This document shows, piece by piece, positions 1 to 9,086 of a stretch of DNA of 48,594 bases (within the stretch, counting starts at the first letter, position 1; each line of letters starts with the position of its first letter). This stretch comes from a virus. Taxonomy: Duplodnaviria; Caudoviricetes. The notes under the pieces were generated by a model that was given only the letters and a program-made list of their open reading frames with translations, searched no databases and was not told where the DNA came from. The translations under genes and the position numbers were made by a program. The stretch is taken from IMG/VR virus record IMGVR_UViG_3300010362_000026, positions 1 to 48,594 of that record, one strand, 5' to 3'.

Positions 1-837
1 CCACTGCGGATCATAGGACGCCTGATCCGGTGTCGTCGCTGCCTGCGGTTCATTGGCCGCTGCCGGGAACCCTCCGGGCGGTCCCTCCGGACGCACATAG
101 CTGACATCAGGCAGGGTTAGATCGGTGGTTGGCTGCAGGCTGTCCGGCGTCTGCGCCGCAACCGCCTGCGCATTCGACGGCTCCGGAGTGAGCATGTCCG
201 GCCGGACGACAGGGGCATTGGCCGTCCGTGCCGGACTGACGATGCTCATCTCGTTGATGCGTGGATCGGGCTGTTCCTGCGCGGGCGACGGCTGCAGCGC
301 CTGTGTGGTGGGAAGCGGCGTCACCAGCGGCGAGGCGTTCTGTATGGGCGGAACCGCAATGGCGTTCGACGGCAGCGCCGCAAGGCTTTCGATGCCAGCT
401 GGAGCCAGCCGTGCCGCCGAAACGGCAGGCGCAACTTCGGTGACCCGACGTGGCGAGACAATGGTCATCTCGTTGATGCGCGGATCAGGTTCGTGCGAGA
501 CGCCTTCCGGCCTGACGATGCCAGCCGCTGACGGCAGCGCCGAGATGCCGGTGGCATTGGACGGAACCGGCAACAGCGTTCCCGACGGCTGCATGTTGCG
601 GACGGCATCGCGCTCGGCGATGGCCTGATCGCTGCGGCCCTGCGGCCAGAAGAAGCTGGAGAAGTCCGGTCCCGTGTACGGGCCGATCTTCAGCCACGGG
701 AAGTTGACCCACGGATCGGTCGGCTTGCGTCTCGGCCTGCCGCCCAACAGGGAATAGATGCCGCCAAGGGTGACGAAGTTGTTGGGTGTTGCCGGGGAAA
801 CATCACGTTCGTCAAGCGGGCCAATGAGCAGTCCCAT
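1..837 (-). CDS. Putative internal virion protein, Pro/Ala-rich, running off the window (not in ORF track)
   Basis: ATG at 837 overlaps the upstream stop (TGATG). Reads MGLLIGPLDERDVSPATPNNF... with no stop noticed; the peptide PDPRINEM[TS]IVSP occurs twice. Confidence 0.7.
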   Translation of the reverse strand, partial: MGLLIGPLDERDVSPATPNNFVTLGGIYSLLGGRPRRKPTDPWVNFPWLKIGPYTGPDFSSFFWPQGRSDQAIAERDAVRNMQPSGTLLPVPSNATGISALPSAAGIVRPEGVSHEPDPRINEMTIVSPRRVTEVAPAVSAARLAPAGIESLAALPSNAIAVPPIQNASPLVTPLPTTQALQPSPAQEQPDPRINEMSIVSPARTANAPVVRPDMLTPEPSNAQAVAAQTPDSLQPTTDLTLPDVSYVRPEGPPGGFPAAANEPQAATTPDQASYDPQW

Positions 838-2219
838 CAGATCAACGTCCCCCATCTCTGTTGCCGCTGCTGTAGCAGTTCCGGATAGGGCGAAACTGAA
901 AGCGGGTCTTGTTGTGGCGTCTGGTTTGGCTGTGCCGGTTGCGGTGGTGGCGGAGCCGGTCGGTTCTGCTGGCCGAACATGCCGCCGAGAAGGGCAAGCG
1001 ACATCATGTCGTCCATGTTGTCGGCCTGCGTTGGCTGTGTCGACTGCGCGGTAATTCCCGGCATGCCTGTTCCTACCGAAGCCACCTGCGCATTACTTCC
1101 CTGTGCGTTGCCATACATCTGCGCGAAATTCTTACCTTTCAGGCTGATCCATGTCGGCGACAGGACGTTGCCGACTTCGTTGATGGCATTGGTGTCGCCG
1201 GACGAAAGCGTCGTCATCAGGTCGCGGCCTGTCGCCTGCTTGTAGCGGTCGGAGGCAATCCCCCATGCCAGCGTATCCTGAGAGCCGGGGCTGAAATCGG
1301 TGATGCCCAATCCCGGCGCATACTGGTTGTAGGTGGCGTTGGTGATCTGGTAGCGCCCCGCAGCGGAACTGTCGCCGACCATGATGTTCGGATGCCGCGA
1401 GTAGTCGTTGAACAGCTGGCCCCCGGTGATGACGTTGTAGCGTCCGCCGCTTTCCGGTCCCGCAATCGCATTGAGGAAACGGCTGCGCGGATCGGCCACA
1501 TAGCTGGCATCCATCACCCCGGTATTCACATAAGACGGCAGATTGCCGCCACCCGCCATCAGGCTGTTGCGCGTATAGTACGGCTCGACATGCCAGTCCT
1601 CCCAGCTCATCGGGAACTTCAGGCCGTATTGACCGGCGCTGGCGTGCAGCGCCTCGATCTGCTCGCGCGGTAGCAGGTTGAGCCGCTGTCCGTTAAACAT
1701 GAGATCGGCGGCTTCACCCTGCGTATGCAGGCTGTTTCTTGCCACCCAATGCCCTGACCGGTCGCTGGCATTGAACAGTTCTGTCTGCCTAGCCGGACTG
1801 CGGTAGCCGCTGGATATCGCCAGACCGGGATTGGCGGCGAAGTATTGCTGCAGGGCGGAACGGAAACGCGGATCGAAACGCGGGTCGAGCGTGACGATCC
1901 CGCCACCTTGAAAACCGCGCGGTTGACTGGCAAGCGAAGCGATACCGGACTGAAGCCCCTGCGCAGTCGGCGGAGCGACACTCTGACCCTGCGGCGGCAG
2001 CTGCCCTTGGAACTGGCCGGGAGCGCCCATGTATTCCTTTGCCAGCGATTTTGGATTGTCGGCGGCACCCTCCCCGGTGCGCAGCAGCTTGCGCTCGTGC
2101 AGCTCGGAGACGATCATGTAGCCGGGGATCATCCCGGTCGGTGACTGCAATTCATTCTGCAATGCACTGTCGGGCAAACTCTTGAGATCGCTGTAGATTT
2201 GCCCAAGATCGTCAGGCAT
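837..2219 (-). CDS. Internal virion protein with two peptidoglycan hydrolase domains (M15/VanY-like peptidase and lambda-type lysozyme)
   Basis: M15 pattern SGYRS..RQ / SLH..GEAAD / EDWH, then AIAGPESGGRYN...SAAGRYQI...FSPGSQD (lysozyme-like). Confidence 0.8.
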   Translation of the reverse strand: MPDDLGQIYSDLKSLPDSALQNELQSPTGMIPGYMIVSELHERKLLRTGEGAADNPKSLAKEYMGAPGQFQGQLPPQGQSVAPPTAQGLQSGIASLASQPRGFQGGGIVTLDPRFDPRFRSALQQYFAANPGLAISSGYRSPARQTELFNASDRSGHWVARNSLHTQGEAADLMFNGQRLNLLPREQIEALHASAGQYGLKFPMSWEDWHVEPYYTRNSLMAGGGNLPSYVNTGVMDASYVADPRSRFLNAIAGPESGGRYNVITGGQLFNDYSRHPNIMVGDSSAAGRYQITNATYNQYAPGLGITDFSPGSQDTLAWGIASDRYKQATGRDLMTTLSSGDTNAINEVGNVLSPTWISLKGKNFAQMYGNAQGSNAQVASVGTGMPGITAQSTQPTQADNMDDMMSLALLGGMFGQQNRPAPPPPQPAQPNQTPQQDPLSVSPYPELLQQRQQRWGTLI

Positions 2220-3466
2220 CAGCCGAACATCCCTCGACCATTACCGAGATTGTTCATGGCGTTGTAGGCCATACCGTAGCCCAGCGCCCCGGCCAGCGGA
2301 TTGGACGGCGAGGTCTGCGTGACCGTCTGTTGCGTCGAGCCTTGGAACGGCAGGCCGCGCAGCAGCGAGCTGACCATGCTGGTGGTCTGCCACGGATAAT
2401 TCTGCTGGTTGAGGAAATCCTGATAGGCCATGTCCAGCGCCTTCTGCTGGTACTGCTCGCCGGTCTGGCCGACGCCCAGCATGGTGTTGATGCGGTCCTT
2501 GGTCATCGCATCCTGCATCTGCTGGAGATTTGCCATCTGGCCAGCCGAACTGCCAGCCAGCTGCAATCCCTGAAGACCAAGCTGCTTGCCGCTCTGCCGC
2601 AACTGCTCGGTGGTCTGCTGCGCCTGCATACCCAGCTGCGATGCCGCCTGACGCCCCTGCTCGCCCTGCTGGTAGCCGAACTGCCGCGACTGCTCCGCCA
2701 TCTGCTGGGTCTGCAGATTGCGGTTGGCGTTGTCCTGCGCCATCGACATCGCAGCGGAAAGGTTGCCCTGTTGTGCCTGCGCATTGCGGGCCTGATCGCG
2801 TTCGAACTGCTGTTGCGCATTTTCGAACGCGGCCTGCTTGCCCTGCACCTGAATGTTGGAGATGTCACGCTGCGCCTGCCCCAAGGAAATCTGGTTCTGA
2901 ACCGCAGCACGAGAGCCACCGAACGCGCCAGCCTGTGCCGCCTGCCCCTTGAGATACGCCTGCTCCTGACCAGCCGCCAACTGCCGATCCGCAACCGCTG
3001 CATTGGTGACATCCTGCATGTATGGCGACATGTACTTGTCGGCCATCGCCTGATCGAAATTCTGCGATGTCAGTTGATTGATATCGTTCGTGCCAAAGCC
3101 CGTCTGCTGGGTGCCGAACTGACCGTTCTGCCAAGCGGCCGGACCCCCGTAGGTATTCTGCACGCCACCGGCTTGGTAATTGCCCATGTCCATCGCCGCC
3201 TGCCCGACCGCATTGGTGAGCGAGGTGGCGTTCTGCATTCCCGGCATGCCGCTTTGCGCATAATTCTGCGCCATGTTGAGGCCAGCCTGCGTCTGGCCGG
3301 ACATGTCGGCAATGCGCTGGCCTTGGTAGGCCTGATACGGCTGGTTCGCGAGCGACATGCCGCGATCCATGATGGTGCGGAAGTACGGCTCCTGAAACGG
3401 CTGCAATGAGTTCTGGTAGACCGTCGAGGTCTGTTCACCGCCACCACCACCAAACAGGCCACCCAT
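2219..3466 (-). CDS. Q/A/G-rich internal virion (DNA ejection) protein
   Basis: MGGLFGGGGG N-terminus, YMSPY and GAFGGSR motifs, coiled-coil composition, position in the internal-protein module. Confidence 0.7.
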   Translation of the reverse strand: MGGLFGGGGGEQTSTVYQNSLQPFQEPYFRTIMDRGMSLANQPYQAYQGQRIADMSGQTQAGLNMAQNYAQSGMPGMQNATSLTNAVGQAAMDMGNYQAGGVQNTYGGPAAWQNGQFGTQQTGFGTNDINQLTSQNFDQAMADKYMSPYMQDVTNAAVADRQLAAGQEQAYLKGQAAQAGAFGGSRAAVQNQISLGQAQRDISNIQVQGKQAAFENAQQQFERDQARNAQAQQGNLSAAMSMAQDNANRNLQTQQMAEQSRQFGYQQGEQGRQAASQLGMQAQQTTEQLRQSGKQLGLQGLQLAGSSAGQMANLQQMQDAMTKDRINTMLGVGQTGEQYQQKALDMAYQDFLNQQNYPWQTTSMVSSLLRGLPFQGSTQQTVTQTSPSNPLAGALGYGMAYNAMNNLGNGRGMFG

Positions 3467-3467
3467 C

Positions 3468-3890
3468 TTACAAATCCATCTCGTAGTAGGTTCCGATTTC
3501 CTTCATGCCGTAGCGCTTGACGTATTCGCCGACACCCTTGCGGCACACCGTCTCGATCTTGTTGCAGCCGCGATCACGTGCGTATTCGCAGGCTTTCTCG
3601 AAGATCGCGTCGAACCATTCGTCACGGTTCTCGCCAGCCACATAGTCGATGCGCCCGACCTGCATCCCGACCGGGAAGGCATTGATGGTGAAGATCATCG
3701 AACCAATGATCTTCTTGTCCTCGTTGAAGGCAATCCACAGCGAGGCCGAACCGTCGAGCACCGAGGTCAGGATATCGACATTGTGCCAGCGCCCATGGGT
3801 GCGCTTGATGGCATTGTCGAGCATCGGCGACACCACCGGCCAGACATTGCCGACATGTTCGCGTGGCACCGCCGAGATCATCGCCGTCAT
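3468..3890 (-). CDS. GNAT-fold-like virion morphogenesis protein
   Basis: 140 aa; pattern ...LWIAF...IDYVAGE...YARDRGC.KIE..RKG resembles acetyltransferase-like podovirus proteins next to internal-protein genes. Confidence 0.5.
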   Translation of the reverse strand: MTAMISAVPREHVGNVWPVVSPMLDNAIKRTHGRWHNVDILTSVLDGSASLWIAFNEDKKIIGSMIFTINAFPVGMQVGRIDYVAGENRDEWFDAIFEKACEYARDRGCNKIETVCRKGVGEYVKRYGMKEIGTYYEMDL

Positions 3891-4336
3891 GTCACCCGTC
3901 CGCCATAGCTACCGGTGTGTGGTCCACCAAAGGTGGCGTTGCCGAAGTACCAGCCTGCCGGACTGAAGCCGGGAGGATACATGTTCTGGTTGGCATTGTT
4001 CGCTGTCGTCGCTGGCCGTGCCGTCGAAAGCGGCGGCGTGTTCTGCGCCACCGATTGCGGTTGGGGCGGAGGCTTGGCCGCAAAGGTGTTGGCGTTGATC
4101 GCGCCGAGATTGGCGTTGTAGCCAGAGAACGCGCCGCTGGCTGCAGCGGCTGGGCTCCAGCCATAGTTCCCGGCTCCGGGTCCGGGTCCGCCGCCACCAC
4201 CGAAGTAGGTGTTGGGTGTCGGTCCCGGTGCCGACGAGGCATCGTATTGACCGCCGCCAAACCACATCGTCTGTCCGGGCTGAGCATTGACGTTGTTAAC
4301 GAAAGGGCTGGTTGGGGGCACCTCCGAAGCCCCCAA
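3887..4336 (-). CDS. G/P/N-rich low-complexity protein; start uncertain, possibly a +1 frameshift extension of 4296..4850
   Basis: Stop overlaps the next start (GTGA). Only a TTG start without a clear RBS; composition continues that of the upstream ORF. Confidence 0.55.
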   Translation of the reverse strand: MGASEVPPTSPFVNNVNAQPGQTMWFGGGQYDASSAPGPTPNTYFGGGGGPGPGAGNYGWSPAAAASGAFSGYNANLGAINANTFAAKPPPQPQSVAQNTPPLSTARPATTANNANQNMYPPGFSPAGWYFGNATFGGPHTGSYGGRVT

Positions 4337-4850
4337 ACTGCGGACCCATCGGCCCCATCTGGTTCATCTGGTTCATCATGGCGTTGCGCTGGCCCATCAG
4401 CGAAGCGATCCCGCCCTGCCTGCCGTAGCCCATGCCGCCACCGCCGCCGAAGCGCGACATCATCCGGTCGAGGATCATCTGCTGATTGTCCGGTGATGTC
4501 GGGGCTGGCGTTGCCGCCGCCGCTCCCGGTGCCGAAGCCTGCGCCATGGTGGCATCCGGGCCGGTGCCGCCAGCCGTCAGCGAAGCACCTGTCGGTGAGG
4601 CCGCCTGCGGCGCACCGAAGCCCATTGCATTGGAGAAGGCCTGCCGCATGGCCATCTGGTCGGCGGGCGGCATTGCGCCCATGCCGCGTTGTCCGAACTG
4701 CATCATCGGTTTGGCTCCCGGCTGACCGGCAGCTTGGCCCATCGCCTGCATCGAATTGCCGGGATTTCCCTGAAACTGCGGCATGCCGCCGCCGCCCTTG
4801 CCGGGACCACCCTGCGGCATTGGTGTCCCACCCATGCCAAAGTTCATCAC
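4296..4850 (-). CDS. G/M/Q/P-rich low-complexity protein (internal-protein module)
   Basis: AGGAGG RBS ahead of the start; contains the GGIASL motif shared with neighbouring genes. Confidence 0.7.
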   Translation of the reverse strand: MMNFGMGGTPMPQGGPGKGGGGMPQFQGNPGNSMQAMGQAAGQPGAKPMMQFGQRGMGAMPPADQMAMRQAFSNAMGFGAPQAASPTGASLTAGGTGPDATMAQASAPGAAAATPAPTSPDNQQMILDRMMSRFGGGGGMGYGRQGGIASLMGQRNAMMNQMNQMGPMGPQFGGFGGAPNQPFR

Positions 4851-4856
4851 ATCCTC

Positions 4857-7604
4857 CTATTGCGGGAAATTGAACCCCGGCAACCTTTGTATGTCCTCAT
4901 AAGACAGACCCCGCCGCCTCGCGTCGATGGAATGAAGCGCATCCTGATAGTGCTTCATGTTCTCCACCCACTGGTCGCCATAGGCCTGACGGAATCTCGG
5001 GGTGTCGAGCGGGATGGTGTAGTCGCGATAGACCGGCTCCATGCGCGAGCGGCTTTCCAGACCACCGGCCGGGAACATGATGCTGGTCATCTCGTCGTCC
5101 GGGCGGGGCGTAGGCACCACATAGACCGTGTCCGGCAGATCGACCTCGCCACCCTTCTTCATGCCCTTAACGCGGGCCAGCCGTGCGGGCTCGGCCATCG
5201 TCGGTCTGGCCTGCACCGGATACGGCATCGGCATGGCCAGCAACCGTGCGGCACCGGAGCCACCGGTTCTCGCCCGTGCCGATTTGGTCTTCAGCGCATT
5301 CATGAGCGAAGCCAGACCGCCGACCTGTCCGCCTTTGGCGAAGTCTCGCCGGTTCGGATCGACCGCAGCATCGACGCCCATGGCATGGCCGACAGGTTCG
5401 CTGGACAGGCCAAGCGCAATCGATCCCGGTATGATTTCCGGCATGATCGGAACCGGCCTCATCATCCCGGCTTCGAACAGATCGCCCAGCCTTGGATTGG
5501 CTTCCTGCTCCAGCAGCTTCTTCAGCTTCTCGTCGCTGAGCGAAACAATGCCGCCTTCGGCATAGGTGCCGGGGATCATATGCGTGCGCTTGCTAAAGCC
5601 CCACACGTAGTTGGGATACACGTTATTCTCGTAGGTTTTCTTGGTGTCGGACTTCGGTATCTTCTGCTCCGGAAGATCAGGCACGCGCTTGCCGTTGATG
5701 AGATCGTTAAGCCAACCCAATCCCCACGGAGCTTCCTCTGGCATCACGTAGGCTTCGGGCGGTATGTTATCGCCGGTATCCAGCCGCTCCTTCGGGATAT
5801 CACCGGGGTATGGCAGCTGGCCCGGATACTTCTCAATCGCCAGATCGCCCCTGCCTGAATAATCCTGCGTATCCAGATTATAGTCCGGACCAAGCCGCAC
5901 CATGCCGCCCGCCTGATAGCCCTGAGTGCCTTGCGAAGGCGGAAGGGAAGCTACTCCCAGCCTTAGCCGTGGCGGCTGCTGAGGGCTTCCGTGGCGCGCT
6001 TTGCGAGTCGAGTCGACCATCCTGTCCAGATGACGCGCGCCCGCGTCCGTAGAGCCGTTGCCGAGGCCGGAAACCACATCCGAAGGGACGACATACTCGC
6101 CTTCGCTGAGTGCCGCTGGCTGCTGCCCGCCAATCGTTGCCGGGATGCTGTCCGACTGGCCGTCACTGGCCTGCATGGCTTGACCCTGCTGCGCCTGCGC
6201 CGTCTGCTGGACGCGGACAACCAAGTCCTGAAGGGCAGGCTCGCCGAACTGCTGGACGAACGTCATCAGGATTTGATCGGCCTGCGGCTTCGGCACCTGA
6301 CCCTTGATCGCCATCACCGCTTCTTGGATCAGCTGATGCTCGGCATCGGACGGCATCTGCTGCTGTGGCTGGCTCTGGAGGCCCTGCCCCTGCGATGCCG
6401 GTGCCTCGCCGATCTGGCTGGTGGGAAGATCGCTGGTCGGGATTTGCGTGGGATCATTGCCCTGATCCACGCCTTGCATCGGGAAGGTCATGTCCTGCGG
6501 CATCTGTTGCTGCGGATCGACCGGCCCACCGTTTGCCAGAGAGACGATACCGCCATTGGCATAGCCGCGTACCAGACCGCCATTGTCCATCCAGCGGAAG
6601 TTCGGGAAGTAATTATGCTCGACGCCGATTGGACTGATCGATGACGGGTAACTTGCCGTGCGAGCGCCGGACGGTAGCTGCATGGAGCCGGTGAATGCCT
6701 TGGCTTCCTTCTGTTTCTCTTCCTCGCTCTTGCCGTCGCCGGACTTCTTGTTGAACAGCGGGCTCAACAGCTGCGATGCCAGATACATCGGCATCATGTA
6801 TTTCGGGCTGAGCAGATCGCTGATGCCGAAGCCGGAAGTGGTGTCAGCGTTGACACCGCCTGCTATGGGTGCCGCTGCGGTCTTGCCCGCTGCGGGGGAT
6901 ACCGCTGGCGCGACAGCTGTCGTTTCGCCGGGATGGAGAGTGGTTAGTCCTATCTTTGGAGTAATGCCAGAGATCGTCGTTGTGGCGTTGGCGGCTGGAG
7001 ATACGGCCGTAGCCGGGGCGATATGGGTAACCCCTTCCGGTACTGCGCCGAAAGGTGCGGTGATACCGGAGATCGTTGACGTTGCGGCAGACGGAGTGGT
7101 GATTGCCGCCGTTGTCGGGGCGACCGAACCAGTTGTCACCATATCGACGGCAGCTGGAGCCGAAGCCGCTTCGATGGCTGCGGCCTGCGCGGGCGCGGAT
7201 GCAAGAGCCGCCGCTGGAGCCGCTGCCGCTGGTGTGGCCCCGAACAGCGAACCAATGCCGCTGCCGAGAGCCGAAAGGCCGGAACCGATACTGCCGAGAA
7301 GTCCGGTACCCGCCGCCGCTGGAGCCAACGCGGCAGCGGTGCCAGCCGTTCCTGCAGCTGCCGGTAAAGCTGCTGCCGCAGTGCCAGCCGCAGCCGCTGG
7401 TGAAGCCGCCCCGAACAGGCTTGCCAGAAACGGCAGGAAGAAGAACGCTTCCGGCAAACCGGTTTCCGGATTGATGGTCAGCTGGCCACCGGGAACAAGA
7501 GAGGCGATGCCAGCCAGTTCTGCCGGATGGACGTGAACCAGCATGGTGTCGCCGAACCGTCCCTTGCTCGCCAGATAGGCGGCATGTCCTCTCAGGTCTT
7601 CCAT
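4857..7604 (-). CDS. Large internal virion protein
   Basis: Start moved to ATG 7604 (GGGAG RBS, just after the upstream stop). Motifs GRFGDTMLVHV..E, LTINPETGLPE, DGQSDSIPA...LSEGEYVVPSDVVSGLGNGSTDAGA and repeated xxxGGxV. Confidence 0.75.
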   Translation of the reverse strand: MEDLRGHAAYLASKGRFGDTMLVHVHPAELAGIASLVPGGQLTINPETGLPEAFFFLPFLASLFGAASPAAAAGTAAAALPAAAGTAGTAAALAPAAAGTGLLGSIGSGLSALGSGIGSLFGATPAAAAPAAALASAPAQAAAIEAASAPAAVDMVTTGSVAPTTAAITTPSAATSTISGITAPFGAVPEGVTHIAPATAVSPAANATTTISGITPKIGLTTLHPGETTAVAPAVSPAAGKTAAAPIAGGVNADTTSGFGISDLLSPKYMMPMYLASQLLSPLFNKKSGDGKSEEEKQKEAKAFTGSMQLPSGARTASYPSSISPIGVEHNYFPNFRWMDNGGLVRGYANGGIVSLANGGPVDPQQQMPQDMTFPMQGVDQGNDPTQIPTSDLPTSQIGEAPASQGQGLQSQPQQQMPSDAEHQLIQEAVMAIKGQVPKPQADQILMTFVQQFGEPALQDLVVRVQQTAQAQQGQAMQASDGQSDSIPATIGGQQPAALSEGEYVVPSDVVSGLGNGSTDAGARHLDRMVDSTRKARHGSPQQPPRLRLGVASLPPSQGTQGYQAGGMVRLGPDYNLDTQDYSGRGDLAIEKYPGQLPYPGDIPKERLDTGDNIPPEAYVMPEEAPWGLGWLNDLINGKRVPDLPEQKIPKSDTKKTYENNVYPNYVWGFSKRTHMIPGTYAEGGIVSLSDEKLKKLLEQEANPRLGDLFEAGMMRPVPIMPEIIPGSIALGLSSEPVGHAMGVDAAVDPNRRDFAKGGQVGGLASLMNALKTKSARARTGGSGAARLLAMPMPYPVQARPTMAEPARLARVKGMKKGGEVDLPDTVYVVPTPRPDDEMTSIMFPAGGLESRSRMEPVYRDYTIPLDTPRFRQAYGDQWVENMKHYQDALHSIDARRRGLSYEDIQRLPGFNFPQ

Positions 7605-7608
7605 TGGC

Positions 7609-7905
7609 TCATTTCTCCCTTCCTGCCATCCTGTCGGCTGGAGGAATTTCATGTATCTGCACCGTTGGCTTCGGCTCGGAATGATGCGGCTCCGCTACCG
7701 GATGCGGGTCTTGCTTCGGGTAGACGCGCGGCTCCGGAGGCGGCGGCTGATCCGGTGGCGGCGGGATCACGTAATCGTCAGGATGCGGATCGGCTCGCGG
7801 CGACGGCGGCGGATCGGAATTGATCTCCGCATCCTTGATGTGATCCTTTCCGGCTGCATCGGGCAGCGCGAATGGTCCCGGTCTATTCTCCGGTCGGTCC
7901 TGCAT
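7609..7905 (-). CDS. Pro-rich hypothetical protein
   Basis: GGAGG RBS upstream of the ATG; fills the gap in the operon. Confidence 0.55.
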   Translation of the reverse strand: MQDRPENRPGPFALPDAAGKDHIKDAEINSDPPPSPRADPHPDDYVIPPPPDQPPPPEPRVYPKQDPHPVAEPHHSEPKPTVQIHEIPPADRMAGREK

Positions 7906-8182
7906 CGGTACCTCCTGTCATGGCTTTCAGTTGCGCTTCCCTTAGCTCTGCCATCTCGGCGGCTCTGATCGAACGATGATCGGCAACGGACTGGATGATC
8001 CGCTGCACAAGCTCGTCTTCCTGCGTGATGTCTTCCTGATCGGCATCGACCACATGGCGCTGGTACATGCGGCTGATCTCGGCACCGTCACGATAGACGA
8101 CGGTCGCCCAGCGCACTTCGGTCGAGCCGAACTCCGGGCGGTAGCAGATCATGTCCACAAAGGTTTTCTCTTCAAGCGACAT
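7883..8182 (-). CDS. Small tail-fibre-associated (chaperone-like) protein
   Basis: Start moved to MSLEEKTFVD at 8182. EVRWATVVYRDGAEISRMYQRHVV resembles the small proteins that typically follow DDYEEGT fibre genes. Confidence 0.6.
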   Translation of the reverse strand: MSLEEKTFVDMICYRPEFGSTEVRWATVVYRDGAEISRMYQRHVVDADQEDITQEDELVQRIIQSVADHRSIRAAEMAELREAQLKAMTGGTDAGPTGE

Positions 8183-9077
8183 CGAAGTGACCCGCCAACA
8201 TGAAGGTTGAGGTGTTCGTGAAGTGGGTGTCCATCCAAGCCGCATGAGCACCGGTTGTGTTCGCGACAAGTCCCACGACATAACTCCCGGAAGCCTGCAC
8301 ATATCCAGAAGGAAAGCAGGCAACCGGAAGCGCCATGTTTGCATAATAGGAACCACTACAGGAACTATAACAACTAGACGCAGCCGTAAAAGGAAGGTTA
8401 ATCCTAACCTGTCCAGTCGAGGTTCCCTTGGCTGTCAACGTAAGATAAATATTGAAAAAACAGCGCTTGCCAATTTTAACGTATTGGCCAATTTGGTTAC
8501 TGTAGGTGATACCGACCGCTGCCCCAGCGAAGCTGATCGTCGCCGTGAACGTCCCCTCTTCGTAATCATCAAGGACGTTGACCCCGGCATGAGCAACCTG
8601 TGCTGCCGGGAAATTTATTCCGCCACCCGTTACGGTCAGATCGTTGCCGACGGTCCAGTTACCGGTCGTGCTTCCGCTGGCTGCTGTGAGAACGCCACCA
8701 ACGCTCCAATCGCTGGTGACACCACCACTCGCACCATTCAGCACCCCTCCCGCTGTCCAGTCACCGGTCGTTGAACCGCTCTGCGCGGTAAGCGCGGTAC
8801 CGACATCCCACGCTCCGGTGACACCACCACTTGCCGCATTCATGGTGCCGGTAACCGTTGCGTTACCGTTAACGGTCAGGCCATCTGTCTGCAGGGCGTC
8901 GATGGCCGCAGTGCCGATGGTCGCGGTGTCGGCATCGATACTGGAAACCCTGATCGGCCCCCGCGACAACAGGCTGGTGCGCCACTGCTCGATCTTGCGA
9001 TAGGTCTGCCAGAAGAAACTCTTGTCGTATTCGTCGGGAGCCTGACCGAGATTGTCGGAGCCGATGTCGTCCCTCAT
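8172..9077 (-). CDS. Tail fibre/spike protein
   Basis: Four ~17-aa repeats (ASGGVTGAWDVGTALTA-like), LDDYEEGTFT motif and YVKIG; AT-rich C-terminal region. Confidence 0.7.
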   Translation of the reverse strand: MRDDIGSDNLGQAPDEYDKSFFWQTYRKIEQWRTSLLSRGPIRVSSIDADTATIGTAAIDALQTDGLTVNGNATVTGTMNAASGGVTGAWDVGTALTAQSGSTTGDWTAGGVLNGASGGVTSDWSVGGVLTAASGSTTGNWTVGNDLTVTGGGINFPAAQVAHAGVNVLDDYEEGTFTATISFAGAAVGITYSNQIGQYVKIGKRCFFNIYLTLTAKGTSTGQVRINLPFTAASSCYSSCSGSYYANMALPVACFPSGYVQASGSYVVGLVANTTGAHAAWMDTHFTNTSTFMLAGHFDVA

Positions 9078-9086
9078 CCCGCCATC

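Noticed and set aside
246-489. ~25-bp direct repeat at 246-270 and 465-489
   Set aside because: Explained by a duplicated peptide (PDPRINEM.IVSP) inside the coding sequence.
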